A stretch of DNA of 64,000 nt, from positions 32,001 to 96,000 of the forward strand of contig CBDEUM010000029.1 in NCBI GenBank assembly GCA_965242925.1, written 5' to 3'. Origin of the DNA: Roseibacillus sp. (GTDB lineage Bacteria; Verrucomicrobiota; Verrucomicrobiia; Verrucomicrobiales; Akkermansiaceae). Position 1 is the first letter of the stretch, and each line of letters begins with the position of its first letter. The notes under the pieces were generated by a model, which ran no database searches, was not told the DNA's origin, and was given only the letters and a program-made list of their open reading frames with translations. Below are positions 29,043-39,217 of the stretch, one piece after another. The translations under genes and the position numbers were made by a program.

Positions 29043-29951
29043 ATGGCAATTCTAGTCGAAGAAGACACGAAGGTCCTGGTGCAGGGCATTACGGGAAGTT
29101 TTGGCGGCCGACACGCGGAGTTGAGCCTCGACTACGGGACGCAGATTGTGGCGGGCGTGACCCCCGGCAAGGGCGGACAGACTTTCGAGCACGGGGAACA
29201 CAAGGTCCCGGTGTTTGATACGGTGGAGCAGGCGGTGAGGGAGACCGGAGCCACGGTTTCGGCAGTGTTCGTTCCGCCGGCCTTTGCAGGTGATGCCATT
29301 CTTGAGAGTGCTGATGTCGGAGTGGATCTGGTGGTGGCCATTACGGAAGGGATTCCAGTTCGTGACATGATGAAGGTCAGGGCGGCCATGACCGGCAGTG
29401 GGGTGCGTCTGGTGGGCCCCAACTGCCCGGGAATCGTGACGCCCGGTCGGAGCGAAGGCTCGCAGGGTGGTTGTCGCATTGGGATCGCGCCAGGCTACAT
29501 TCACAAGCGGGGCCGGGTGGGGATCGTCTCGCGCTCGGGTACGCTCACCTACGAAGCCGTCTGGCAGACCACTCAGCGCGGGTATGGGCAGAGTACCTGC
29601 GTGGGCATCGGGGGTGATCCCATCAATGGCACGACCCACCTCGACGCGCTGCGACTTTTCAACGATGACGAGGAAACCGAGGCCATCATCATGATCGGTG
29701 AGATCGGAGGCGCGGCCGAGGAGGAAGCGGCTGCCTGGGCCAGTGAACACTGTAATAAGCCTGTTGCGGCCTTTATCGCGGGTGCCACCGCACCACCCGG
29801 ACGGCGCATGGGACACGCGGGAGCGATCATTTCGGGCGGCAAGGGCACGGCTCAGGCCAAGAAGGAGGCTCTGCGTGCCGCGGGAATCACGGTGGCGGAG
29901 ACCCCGGCCCAGATCGGGTCGGCTCTGATGGAGGCGACCGGCTGGGAGTAG
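29043..29951 (+). CDS. sucD: Succinyl-CoA synthetase alpha subunit
   Basis: [27 protein letters not shown] and RMGHAGAI motifs. Confidence 0.98.
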   Translation: MAILVEEDTKVLVQGITGSFGGRHAELSLDYGTQIVAGVTPGKGGQTFEHGEHKVPVFDTVEQAVRETGATVSAVFVPPAFAGDAILESADVGVDLVVAITEGIPVRDMMKVRAAMTGSGVRLVGPNCPGIVTPGRSEGSQGGCRIGIAPGYIHKRGRVGIVSRSGTLTYEAVWQTTQRGYGQSTCVGIGGDPINGTTHLDALRLFNDDEETEAIIMIGEIGGAAEEEAAAWASEHCNKPVAAFIAGATAPPGRRMGHAGAIISGGKGTAQAKKEALRAAGITVAETPAQIGSALMEATGWE

Positions 29952-29962
29952 GTGGCGGGCTT

Positions 29963-30436
29963 TTACGAATCTGCCGAGGCCACCGCCATCGCTGCGATTC
30001 CTTCTCCACGCCCCACGAAGCCCATTTGCTCATTGGTGGTGGCCTTGATCCCGATCAAGTGCGTCCCAAGCCCGAGTGCTGCTCCGATTTTCTCCCGCAT
30101 GGCTTCACGGAAAGGAAGGACCCTTGGAGCTTCAGCAATAAGCGTGCTGTCGATATTGACGATGGTTGCGCCCTCCTCCTCCGCCAGCGACCGGCACCGG
30201 GCGAGGATTTTCAGGCTGGAAATCCCCTCGATGGATGCGTCGCTGGGGGGGAAATAGTGTCCGATATCGGGGAGTCCCAGAGCTCCCAAAATGGCATCCG
30301 CGATGGCATGGGAGAGCACATCGGCATCGGAGTGTCCCTGCAGGCCGCGTGAGTGGGGAATTTCGACGCCGCCGAGGATAAGCGGACGATTCTCGGCATA
30401 CTGGTGGACATCGTATCCAATTCCAACGCGGGTCAT
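29963..30436 (-). CDS. ispF: 2-C-methyl-D-erythritol 2,4-cyclodiphosphate synthase
   Basis: RVGIGYDVH, GHSDADV, DIGHYFP and KATTNE motifs. Confidence 0.97.
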   Translation of the reverse strand: MTRVGIGYDVHQYAENRPLILGGVEIPHSRGLQGHSDADVLSHAIADAILGALGLPDIGHYFPPSDASIEGISSLKILARCRSLAEEEGATIVNIDSTLIAEAPRVLPFREAMREKIGAALGLGTHLIGIKATTNEQMGFVGRGEGIAAMAVASADS

Positions 30437-30644
30437 TGTCGGGGGGCGTTAGGTGGTGGTGGTTGACCGCGGCTGCGGGGTTAACGTGTTCAGTGCACCT
30501 TAGACCTCATCGCGGGGCAAGGTGGAAAGGAAGTTGCGGCTTTCTTTTGGGAAGTAGAGTCGGTGGTGGGTGCAATGCGGCACGCTTTCGGATTCCGTGC
30601 CATCGGATGGTCGAGGTGTGCCGCCGGAATGCTTTCCTGTCAGA

Positions 30645-31400
30645 TCAGAGGATCTCTTCTATCGGGATCTTTCCATTGGTGGCCACCACCGACCAGACAT
30701 CCGGGATGGTGGGATGCGGGGTCAGGTCGACTTTTCCCCCTCCGGACTCCACCAGCAGGATGCCGGCTGCCACGTCCCAGAGAGAAATGCGGGACTCAAT
30801 GTAGGCGTCCAACCGTCCGGCCGCGATGTAGGCCATTCCAAGGGCGGCGGATCCCATCATGCGCATTTTGCGGGCACGGGTGGAGGCGCGTTCAAATCTC
30901 TCAAGGCCGGTTGCCATCGATTCCTCGTCCTTGCCGCATCCCACGAAGAGGATTGATTCTTCGAGCGCAGTGCGTTTCGAGCAGGCAATCGGTTTCCCGT
31001 TCAGGAATGGTGGGCCGCCTTTTTCTACGGTCCAGAGTTCATCAAGCATGGGATCGTAAATGAGTCCCATCACGATTTCCTCCTGGTTCCGTTCGCGCAG
31101 GGCAATCGAAATGCAGAAGTGCGGAATGCTGTAGAGGTAGTTCACGGTTCCGTCGATGGGATCCACAATCCACTGCAGCGGAGCGTCCTGGTTGCCGGCT
31201 ATGCCTTCTTCTCCGTAGAGGGCATAGTCGGGGAAGGCATCCAGAAGGACCTTGGTGATGAGATCCTGCGATTCCCGGTCAAGAGCCAGTTTGACGTCGT
31301 GGTGGTGGGCCTCGTCGATGTCCTTGCTGCGGTGGAAGTTCTCCCGGAGGAGGGCGCCCGCCTGATGCGCGGCCTGCTCGGCGGCCTGAAGGGGTGTCAT
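30645..31400 (-). CDS. suhB: Inositol monophosphatase family protein
   Basis: GEE, WIVDPIDGTVNY, GSAAL and WDVAAG motifs. Confidence 0.88.
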   Translation of the reverse strand: MTPLQAAEQAAHQAGALLRENFHRSKDIDEAHHHDVKLALDRESQDLITKVLLDAFPDYALYGEEGIAGNQDAPLQWIVDPIDGTVNYLYSIPHFCISIALRERNQEEIVMGLIYDPMLDELWTVEKGGPPFLNGKPIACSKRTALEESILFVGCGKDEESMATGLERFERASTRARKMRMMGSAALGMAYIAAGRLDAYIESRISLWDVAAGILLVESGGGKVDLTPHPTIPDVWSVVATNGKIPIEEIL

Positions 31401-31477
31401 CGGGCGATAAAACCGCAGAAGGACGTCGATTGATACTGCTATTTTCCGGAAGGCGCCAGCGAGACGTCCTCTGGGGG

Positions 31478-32119
31478 CTAGCCCTTCCGAATCCGTAATT
31501 CCTGGACGGCCTGCAAGATGAGGTGGGCAAGGTGCTCCTTGGTCTCCACAGGCAGGGGTTCGGTCCGGTCGGGGTAGATGAGGAGCACTTCGTTGTGATC
31601 GGAGTCGAAGCCGATGCCGCTCCGGGAGACGTCGTTTGCCACCACCAGATCGCAGCCCTTGCGATGCAGTTTTTCCCGCGCGTGATCTTCGAGGTTCTCG
31701 GTCTCGGCGGCGAATCCGACCAGCACGCCTTCGTAGTGAAACTCGGAACGCGCTGATCCCAGGATGTCGGCATTGCGGACGAGTTCAATGGTGAGACGGT
31801 CCTCGGATTTCCTGATCTTGTTTTTCGCGAAGGTGGCCGGGCGGTAGTCCGCCACGGCAGCCGAGAAGATGGCGGCGTCCGCCCTGGCGAGGTGCATACT
31901 TGTGGCCTCGAACATCTCCTGGGCCGTTTCAACCGGGACGTAGTCCACATTGATGGGGATATCAAGGTTGGTGGGGCCTGAGATCAGGGTGATGCGGTGT
32001 CCAAGTTGGGCCCCTGCGTTGGCGAGGGCGTAACCCATTTTGCCGGAAGACCGGTTGGTGAGGTATCGGACCGGATCGATTGGTTCGCGAGTTGAACCGG
32101 CAGTGACGAGAATATTCAC
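31478..32119 (-). CDS. coaB: Phosphopantothenate--cysteine ligase (stand-alone CoaB)
   Basis: GTG start; VTAGSTREPIDPVRYLTNRSSGKMG, AAVADY and GFAAET motifs. Confidence 0.93.
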   Translation of the reverse strand: MNILVTAGSTREPIDPVRYLTNRSSGKMGYALANAGAQLGHRITLISGPTNLDIPINVDYVPVETAQEMFEATSMHLARADAAIFSAAVADYRPATFAKNKIRKSEDRLTIELVRNADILGSARSEFHYEGVLVGFAAETENLEDHAREKLHRKGCDLVVANDVSRSGIGFDSDHNEVLLIYPDRTEPLPVETKEHLAHLILQAVQELRIRKG

Positions 32120-32171
32120 GGAACGGAGTCGAGATCGGAATTCGGGAGGATTGCAGGGCGGGATAAAACGC

Positions 32172-32714
32172 TTAGTCGGAGGAGGCGTCCAGTTTCCTGA
32201 CCGCATCGAGAATCTCCTCTACCGGGAGGAGCCGGCCGGCACCTTCGTATCCGCAGGCCAGCATACCGGATTCCTCAGGGCCGAGGAAGTGGCATCCATC
32301 GGCTTTAAGTTGCGCGATGTTGCGCTGGGTGGCGTGGTGTTCCCACATCTTGCCATTCATGGCTGGTGCGAGGAGGACCCGGGCCTTGGTGGCGAGATAG
32401 ATACTGGAAAGTGGATCGGGTGCGAGGCCGTTGGCAAAGTTTCCCAGGGTATTTGCACTGAGGGGGGCGACCAGGAAGAGGTCTGCGCGATCAGCGAGGT
32501 CGATATGGTCAGGCTTCCATGACTGCTTTTCGTCCTTCAACGAGACGAGGACGGGGTTGTGGGAGAGTACCTGCAGAGTGAGAGGGGTAATGAACTCGGT
32601 AGCCTCCTGAGTCATGACGCAGTGCGTCTCGTGACCATCCCTGGTCAATTGCGAGACGAGGTCGGCCGCCTTGTAGGCGGCAATGGATCCGGTGATTCCG
32701 AGAACAATGATCAT
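32172..32714 (-). CDS. coaC: Phosphopantothenoylcysteine decarboxylase (stand-alone CoaC)
   Basis: GITGSIAAYK, HIDLA, APAMN and LACGYEGAGRL motifs. Confidence 0.93.
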   Translation of the reverse strand: MIIVLGITGSIAAYKAADLVSQLTRDGHETHCVMTQEATEFITPLTLQVLSHNPVLVSLKDEKQSWKPDHIDLADRADLFLVAPLSANTLGNFANGLAPDPLSSIYLATKARVLLAPAMNGKMWEHHATQRNIAQLKADGCHFLGPEESGMLACGYEGAGRLLPVEEILDAVRKLDASSD

Positions 32715-32781
32715 GTGTCGGAATTAACCTCCATCTGTGCCGATGTTGCGAAGAATTTTTTCCAGAGGGGATCACTTCTCC

Positions 32782-33378
32782 TCAGGCGAAGCGCGAAACA
32801 CGCAGGCGCTCCGCGACGAGGAGCGACCTGAAACGCTGGTAGTCGTCTTCCTTTGATCTCGAAATGAGCCGGTAAGTGTAGGAACCGGCCTGGCGCATCT
32901 CCTCCAGGGCATTGCGGAGACGCAGCTCGATCACTTCTTCGGTGTCGGTGGCGCGATTTGCCAGGCGCTCACGCAATTCGCCTTCACTCGCCGGCATGAC
33001 AAAGAGATCCACCAGACTGGCAGCAATGAGAGAATCGTCGCAGGACCGCACCTGGGCTGCGCCCTGCACATCGATGTCCAGGACCACGTCCCCACCGCGT
33101 TTCAGGAACTCAAGAACCTCGGACTTCAGAGTTCCATAGAGATTTCCATGGACCTCGGCGTGCTCGAGGAAATTTTCATCCGCCACGTCGGTTTCAAACT
33201 GTTCCCGGTTCAGGAAGTAGTAATCGCGGGCGTTGACTTCACCCTCCCGGGCCGGACGCGTAGTACAGGAAATCGAGTAGTGGGCTTCCCCGTCCCTGGC
33301 CAGTCGTCGGCAAAGTGTCGTCTTGCCGGAGCCGGAGGGTCCGGAGACGAGGAGGAGAACGCCCGTTTGCTGGGACAT
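32782..33378 (-). CDS. gmk: Guanylate kinase
   Basis: SGPSGSGKTT, SISCTTRPAREGE, EVHGNLYGT and LDIDVQGA motifs. Confidence 0.96.
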   Translation of the reverse strand: MSQQTGVLLLVSGPSGSGKTTLCRRLARDGEAHYSISCTTRPAREGEVNARDYYFLNREQFETDVADENFLEHAEVHGNLYGTLKSEVLEFLKRGGDVVLDIDVQGAAQVRSCDDSLIAASLVDLFVMPASEGELRERLANRATDTEEVIELRLRNALEEMRQAGSYTYRLISRSKEDDYQRFRSLLVAERLRVSRFA

Positions 33379-33662
33379 GGGGATAGCCTCAGAGAAAATG
33401 CCCGTGGATGCAAGAGCAGCCACGGAGCAACAGGGATTTGGAGGGTTTATGATCACCCGGCAGTGCAGGTGGTCGCCTGTTTCCGGAAGAGCAATGGAAT
33501 GCCGGGCCCAGAGGGAAAGGGCGAAGGCCTTGAGGGACTCCCCGTTCTCTGCTACGGGGAGTCCATGTCTGCTGCGAATGATTCCGGAAGTTGCCCCCGC
33601 AGCGGGTGCGTGCCGGGGGGGTGTCGTGCGCCAGGCTGCCAGAAGATTGGACATCGAATGAG

Positions 33663-34160
33663 ATGAAATTGTACGTGGTCTGCGGCCCGCCCGCCGGAGG
33701 GAAAACTCATCACGGCCGACAACTGGCTGCCCGGGTGGGCGGGGTTCTGCTTGATAATGACATTGTCACCGAGTCGGTGGTGCAGGCGGGAATGCAGGCC
33801 GCGGGGCTTTCCCGTGACGACAGGGATTCGCCACGTTACAAGGAGATCTTCCGGGAGTCGGTTTACGAATCGCTTTTCCAGGTGGCGGAAGCGAATCTTT
33901 CACACCTTCCGGTGGTGGTGGTGGGACCCTTTACACGGGAATCCCAGCAACAGGACTGGCCGGCACGTCTTGCAGACCGCTTCGGAGTTCCGGTGGAGGT
34001 GCATTTTGTTTCCTGTCCGCCGGAAGTGAGGCGGGAGCGCATGGAGCGCCGTGGCGAAGCCAGAGACCTGGCCAAGCTGGCTCAATGGGATGCCTACCTG
34101 CAGACCACTGCACTGAAACCGCCGCCCTTTGACCACGTCCTGGTGGACACCAGTGGGTAA
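33663..34160 (+). CDS. Small P-loop kinase (AAA_33-like)
   Basis: MKLYVVCGPPAGGKT Walker A; lid motif RMERRGEARD. Confidence 0.8.
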   Translation: MKLYVVCGPPAGGKTHHGRQLAARVGGVLLDNDIVTESVVQAGMQAAGLSRDDRDSPRYKEIFRESVYESLFQVAEANLSHLPVVVVGPFTRESQQQDWPARLADRFGVPVEVHFVSCPPEVRRERMERRGEARDLAKLAQWDAYLQTTALKPPPFDHVLVDTSG

Positions 34161-34227
34161 GCGGTCTCGCAGGGGGCGGCCCCCCGGGTTTTCAAGGAGC
34201 AAGGATCGGGAGCATGGGTGGCGGTAA

Positions 34228-35028
34228 TCAGGACTCGTCCTTCTCGATGTTCCCGTAGGAGCGGTCGAAGTGAACGTAGCCGCCATCGATGTGATGGATT
34301 TGGCCGGTGGTGTGCCCGGAACAGGGGGAGGCGAGGAACACGATGGCGTTGCCCATTTCCTCGGCACTTGTCATGCGTTGACCAAGGGGAATGCGGGCCC
34401 GGATTGCTTCAAGGGTTTTCTCCGGGTTTTCGACGGTCTTAATCCATGAATCGTACATGGGCGTCCATACCTCGGCTGGCACAACGGTGTTGACCCGGAT
34501 TTCGTGATCGGCGAGGTCGACCGCCCATTCCCGGGTCAGCCCGTGGATGGCACCTTTTGCCGCGGCATAGCCGGAGGTGCTTCCCTGGCCAGTGACCGCC
34601 AGTTTGGAGGAGACATTGATGATGAATCCGGCGCTCTCGATCAGGGCATCGAGGGCGAAGTGGGTGAGGTTGTAGAGGTGGAAGAGGTTGCGCCGCAGGG
34701 AAGCAATAAACTCGTCCGGTCCGGCACGGAGGCTGACTCCGTCGTTGACGCCGGCATTGTGAACGATGCCGTCGAGACGGCCAAAGGTCTCCAGGGCTTT
34801 CATGATTGCGGAGCGGCAGGCTTCCACCTCGGTCAGTTCGGTTTCGATCATGAGCCCACGGGTGCCGGTGGCCCCGATACGCTCGAGTAGTGAGTTGCCG
34901 GTTTCCGGGCTGCGTCCCACGATGACCGGGATAGCGCCCTCCCGGGCAAAGAGTTCCACTGCGGCAGCTCCAATGCCCTTGGCGCCCCCGGTCACGATCA
35001 CGACTTTGTCCTTGAGCTTCAGGTCCAT
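34228..35028 (-). CDS. SDR oxidoreductase, probable L-fucose dehydrogenase
   Basis: TGGAKGIG, NAGVNDGV, TGQGSTSGYAAAKG, LTREWA and PAEVWTP motifs; next to fuconate dehydratase. Confidence 0.85.
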   Translation of the reverse strand: MDLKLKDKVVIVTGGAKGIGAAAVELFAREGAIPVIVGRSPETGNSLLERIGATGTRGLMIETELTEVEACRSAIMKALETFGRLDGIVHNAGVNDGVSLRAGPDEFIASLRRNLFHLYNLTHFALDALIESAGFIINVSSKLAVTGQGSTSGYAAAKGAIHGLTREWAVDLADHEIRVNTVVPAEVWTPMYDSWIKTVENPEKTLEAIRARIPLGQRMTSAEEMGNAIVFLASPCSGHTTGQIHHIDGGYVHFDRSYGNIEKDES

Positions 35029-35038
35029 GGTTCTGTTC

Positions 35039-36307
35039 TTAACTGGGGGGAAATTGCGCCAGAGTTTCTTTTTTCATTTCGATGGAAAATCCCGGAATGG
35101 TGGGTGCCTGGTAACGGCCCTTCTTCAGGACACAGGGGGAGACAAAATGTTCATGCAGGTGATCGACGTACTCGGCCACCCGTCCTTCCCAGGATCCCGA
35201 GATACTGAGAAAGTCGATGATGGAAAGGTGCTGGGCGTACTCGCACAGGCCTACTCCGCCGGCGTGGGGACACACCGGTTTCCCGAACTTGGCGGCCATG
35301 ATCATGATGGCGAGGTTCTCGTTCAGGCCTCCCACGCGGGTCGCGTCGATCTGGACGACATCGATCGCCTCGGCCTGGAGGAATTGCTTGAAAAGGATTC
35401 GGTTCTGGCAGCATTCCCCGGTGGCGATCTTGATGGGAGCGATGCCATCGCGGATCTGCTTGTGTCCGAGGACGTCGTCCGGTGAGGTTGGTTCCTCGAG
35501 AAACCAGAGATTGAATTCAGCGAGGGATTTCATCCATTCGATGGCCTCGTCCGGTTCCCAGACCTGGTTGGCGTCTACCATGAGGGTGATCCGGTCACCG
35601 ACCACTTCCCGCACGGTGCGCAGGCGGCGAATGTCATCCTCGAGATCGGCTCCCACCTTGAGCTTGAGATGGGTCCAGCCGGCATCAACCGCTTCCTGGC
35701 AGAGGCGCCGCAACTTGTCGTCGGAGTAACCGAGCCAGCCCGCCGAGGTGGTGTAGGTCGGATAGCCATGCTCCAGGAGCCGGGCCAGGCGCTCCTCCCG
35801 GCCTTCGTGAGCACGTTCCAGGATATCGCAGGCTTCCTCCGGGGTGAGCGCGTTGGTGAGGTAGCGAAAGTCAATGCAGCGGACAATTTCTTCGGGCGTC
35901 ATCCCGGCGACAAGCTCCCAGACTGGTTTGCCCTCTGCCCGGGCCCAGAGGTCCCAGACGGCATTCACTACCGCGCCGGTGGCAAGGTGAATGACTCCCT
36001 TGTCAGGTCCCACCCAGCGCAGTTGGGAGTCTCCGGTAAGATGGCGCCAGAAGGCTCCCATGTCGGAAGTGATTTCCTCCAGCGACATGCCAATAAGACA
36101 GGGTGCGAGGGATCTGATCCCGGCGATACAGAGTTCGTTACCCCGCCCGAGGGTGAAGGTCAGCCCGTGTCCTTCGTGATCGCCATCCGTTTCGAGCACG
36201 ACGTAGGCCGCCGAGTAGTCGGGGTCCGGATTCATCGCATCCGAACCGTCCAGCTGGTCGGAGGTCTGGAAGCGCGCGTCGTGGGTTCTGAAGCCGGTGA
36301 TCTTCAA
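35039..36307 (-). CDS. L-fuconate dehydratase (enolase superfamily)
   Basis: GSDAMNPDPDYSAAY, DSQLRWVGP, YTTSAGWLGY, EEPTSPDD and PHAGGVGLCE motifs; TTG start. Confidence 0.93.
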   Translation of the reverse strand: MKITGFRTHDARFQTSDQLDGSDAMNPDPDYSAAYVVLETDGDHEGHGLTFTLGRGNELCIAGIRSLAPCLIGMSLEEITSDMGAFWRHLTGDSQLRWVGPDKGVIHLATGAVVNAVWDLWARAEGKPVWELVAGMTPEEIVRCIDFRYLTNALTPEEACDILERAHEGREERLARLLEHGYPTYTTSAGWLGYSDDKLRRLCQEAVDAGWTHLKLKVGADLEDDIRRLRTVREVVGDRITLMVDANQVWEPDEAIEWMKSLAEFNLWFLEEPTSPDDVLGHKQIRDGIAPIKIATGECCQNRILFKQFLQAEAIDVVQIDATRVGGLNENLAIMIMAAKFGKPVCPHAGGVGLCEYAQHLSIIDFLSISGSWEGRVAEYVDHLHEHFVSPCVLKKGRYQAPTIPGFSIEMKKETLAQFPPS

Positions 36308-36327
36308 GGCAGCGAAAGGACGAAGAG

Positions 36328-37185
36328 TCAGGATTCCTTTACCGCAACCTGCCGTTGAATACCGAGGCCGTCGACCCCGAGTTCGAAGACGTCGCCCTCC
36401 TCTACGAATTGTGGCGGGTCAAATCCGATGCCGACCCCGGCGGGGGTGCCGGTGGAGATGACATCGCCGGGCAGAAGCGACATGAATTTGCTCACGTAGG
36501 CCACGAGGTGCGGGATGGAAAAGATCAGATCGCTGGTGTTACTGTCCTGCAGGGTTTCTCCGTTGCGCGTGAGCCAGAGGCGCAGGTTGCCGGGATCCGG
36601 GACTTCGTCGGTGGTGGCAAGGTAGGGGCCAAAGGGGGCGAAGGTGTCACCGGACTTCCCCTTTACCCACTGACCGGTTCCTTCCAGTTGCCACTCGCGC
36701 TCAGAGTAGTCGTTGTGCACCGCAAAGCCCGCGATGTGGGCGAGGGCGTCCTCCTCGGCGACATACTTGGAGTGTTTGCCGATAACGAAGGCGAGTTCCA
36801 CTTCCCAGTCGGTTTTTACCGAGTCACGGGGAATAACGAGGTCGTCGTTGGGGCCACTCCAGGCCGAGGTGGCCTTGGAGAAGAGAACCGGTTCGGCAGG
36901 TGGTTCCAGACCGCCTTCAGCAGCGTGGGCGGCGTAATTCAAGCCGATGCAGATGATCTTGGGCGGTCGTGCCACCGCCGGCGCGAGAGTGATCCCGGAA
37001 GCCTCCAGGGTGGGGGCGGTTTCTCGATTCTGGGCCAGCCAGCTTTCCAGGCGGGCGAGGCCATCATTGCCGAAGAAATCCTCATTCCAGTCTTCGCCAA
37101 AGGCGGAGGCGTCGAGAATAGTGGCATCATCGAGGAAAAGTCCCGGGGTGGGCGATCCATCTTGGAGGAAGCGAGTGAGTTTCAT
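36328..37185 (-). CDS. Fumarylacetoacetate hydrolase family protein (probable 2,4-diketo-3-deoxy-L-fuconate hydrolase)
   Basis: CIGLNY, DWEVEL, NDYSER, KGK and GDVISTGTPAGVG motifs; operon context. Confidence 0.85.
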   Translation of the reverse strand: MKLTRFLQDGSPTPGLFLDDATILDASAFGEDWNEDFFGNDGLARLESWLAQNRETAPTLEASGITLAPAVARPPKIICIGLNYAAHAAEGGLEPPAEPVLFSKATSAWSGPNDDLVIPRDSVKTDWEVELAFVIGKHSKYVAEEDALAHIAGFAVHNDYSEREWQLEGTGQWVKGKSGDTFAPFGPYLATTDEVPDPGNLRLWLTRNGETLQDSNTSDLIFSIPHLVAYVSKFMSLLPGDVISTGTPAGVGIGFDPPQFVEEGDVFELGVDGLGIQRQVAVKES

Positions 37186-37235
37186 GGGAGGACAAGGGTA
37201 AGTGAAAGTAACAGGTTAGGGTAAAAGGGAGGGAT

Positions 37236-37997
37236 CTAGCGAAGATTGGTCACGCCACCGTCGATCTCGAAAGCGCTTCCAGTGATGAAACTGGCCTGCT
37301 CGGAAGTGAGGTACCCCACGAGGCCAGCGACTTCCTCGGGTGTTCCCATGCGCCCGATCGGTTGCCATTCACTGAGGGTCTTGAACATCTTCGGACGCTC
37401 GTGTTCGGCGTAGTTCTTGTCGAGATAACCATCGACAAAGGGAGTGTGTACCCGGCCGGGACAGACGCAGTTACAGCGAATGCCCCGGTTGACGTAGTCA
37501 CGGGCAATCGACATGGTCATGCTCAGGACCGCACCCTTGGACATGGAGTAGGCGAAACGATCGGAGATCCCGAGGTAGGAGGCCACCGAGGCAAGATTCA
37601 CCACGGAACCCCCGCCACTCGCGACCATCTTTGGAACAGCAAAGTGGAGGCAGTGATACATGCCCTTCACATTGACCTCGTAGAGACGGTCCATTTCCTC
37701 CGGGGTGCATGTCTCTACATTGCCCACCGAAGCGATTCCGGCGTTGTTGACCAGGATGTCGAGAGAATCGATTTGATCGAAGGCAGACCGGACAGAGTCA
37801 GTTTGTGAGATGTCGCAGGGAATCAGGCGGGCTGAGCCGCCTGCTTCCCGAATGGCCGTAGCACTCTCCTCCCCGGCCGTTTCATCGACCTCAACGATGA
37901 CGATCTCGTGATCTTGCTTCGCGAGTTCCGCCGCGATAGCGCGGCCGATTCCCGATCCGGCTCCAGTGACAACTGCTGTGCTCACGGAGCGAGACAA
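37236..37997 (-). CDS. SDR oxidoreductase, probable 2-keto-3-deoxy-L-fuconate dehydrogenase
   Basis: TGAGSGIG, NNAGI, DRFAYSMSKGAV and CPGRVHTPFVDGY motifs; operon context. Confidence 0.8.
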   Translation of the reverse strand: MSRSVSTAVVTGAGSGIGRAIAAELAKQDHEIVIVEVDETAGEESATAIREAGGSARLIPCDISQTDSVRSAFDQIDSLDILVNNAGIASVGNVETCTPEEMDRLYEVNVKGMYHCLHFAVPKMVASGGGSVVNLASVASYLGISDRFAYSMSKGAVLSMTMSIARDYVNRGIRCNCVCPGRVHTPFVDGYLDKNYAEHERPKMFKTLSEWQPIGRMGTPEEVAGLVGYLTSEQASFITGSAFEIDGGVTNLR

Positions 37998-38128
37998 TAT
38001 CGAAATGACCTGAAGTCCAAGGGGTTTTCGTCTCTGGAGGGAAGGATGACCCGTCCAGATGGAAATTCCGCCTGGATCAAGGCGTCGATGCTCCGGATGG
38101 ACAGTGGGTCAGGGGTTCGGGGCCCGCC

Positions 38129-39217
38129 TCAGGTGTCTGCCGGTTGCCTGTAGAGGCTGAACACGCGCAGGGTGGAGCCATTTGAAATATATTTCTCGCG
38201 GTCCCTCTTGCGGGCACCATTGCCGCTACTGCCTCCTGAGAGGTAGCAGGCGGCAAGGAGTTGGCGACCATCGGGGTGCAGGCTGAGTTCGTAGGCGGAC
38301 GGATTGACGAGGGAATGGAGCGGATCCGGTTGATCGATTTTCCAGAATACCAGTTCGGAATTAGCATGCAGTATCTCGGTGTGGCCGGCGAGGGTTCCGT
38401 TTGAGAGGAAGCAGAGCGAATTGAGTGGGCCGTCACTCTTGCCCTTGATTCGGAGTTCACTACGGATTTTTCCATTGAGCCAGTCGAAGACCAGGACAGT
38501 GGGTTTGCCTGGACAGAAGGCATTGCTCTTGGCGTCCTTCATCCCGCCCGCTGCGAGGAGAGTGCCTTCTGCGTTGAAGGCAAGGCTGCGCACCCCCCCT
38601 ACGTCGGCGAGGAACTGCTCTCCCCGGGTGTGAAGGAGAGAGGCATCCAGTAACCGGACGAACTTTGAACCGTCAGCGAGATCCCATTGACGAATCGTGC
38701 CAAGGAGGTCGCCACTTACGAGATGCTTTCCGTCGGGTGAAACAGCGAGGGAAAAGATGCAATCGTGGTGGCCTTCCAGCCTGATGAACTCCTTACCATT
38801 GTCCGTACGCCAGAATTTGATAATCGCGTCATCTCCAGCGCTGATGAGGTGCCTGCCATCCGGAGTGACCACGAGAGAACGCACGTTGTCACGATCGGCG
38901 CTTGGAATAGTCCAGATCGGTTTGGAGGAGTTTTCATCGAGGTAGTTCCAACAGTGGATGACGCCCTGGTAGTCGGCGGTGAAGAGACGTGGTGCCGTTG
39001 GGTGGAAGGCGAGCGAGGAGAGCCAGGTCTCATGCCCGTTCAGGGAGCGATGCAACGGCTCTTCTCCCCTGAGATCCCAGAGATGGACCAGCCGGTCCTG
39101 TCCTCCCGCTGCGATGGTGTGGCCATCGGGGCTGAAGCGTGCGCGGAAAAGCTGGCGCGGGAACTTGATTTCGCGCGAAATCCAGACAGCGGTGGCATCG
39201 AGTGGGGGTGGTTTCAT
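38129..39217 (-). CDS. WD40 repeat protein
   Basis: Repeated GH...SPDG...WD/WN units; ATG overlaps the upstream stop (ATGA). Confidence 0.88.
   Translation of the reverse strand: MKPPPLDATAVWISREIKFPRQLFRARFSPDGHTIAAGGQDRLVHLWDLRGEEPLHRSLNGHETWLSSLAFHPTAPRLFTADYQGVIHCWNYLDENSSKPIWTIPSADRDNVRSLVVTPDGRHLISAGDDAIIKFWRTDNGKEFIRLEGHHDCIFSLAVSPDGKHLVSGDLLGTIRQWDLADGSKFVRLLDASLLHTRGEQFLADVGGVRSLAFNAEGTLLAAGGMKDAKSNAFCPGKPTVLVFDWLNGKIRSELRIKGKSDGPLNSLCFLSNGTLAGHTEILHANSELVFWKIDQPDPLHSLVNPSAYELSLHPDGRQLLAACYLSGGSSGNGARKRDREKYISNGSTLRVFSLYRQPADT

Noticed and set aside
31478..32714. Split coaB/coaC as a possible broken coaBC
   Set aside because: Each part has its own start, stop and complete motifs with a 52-bp spacer; separate genes are known in several lineages.
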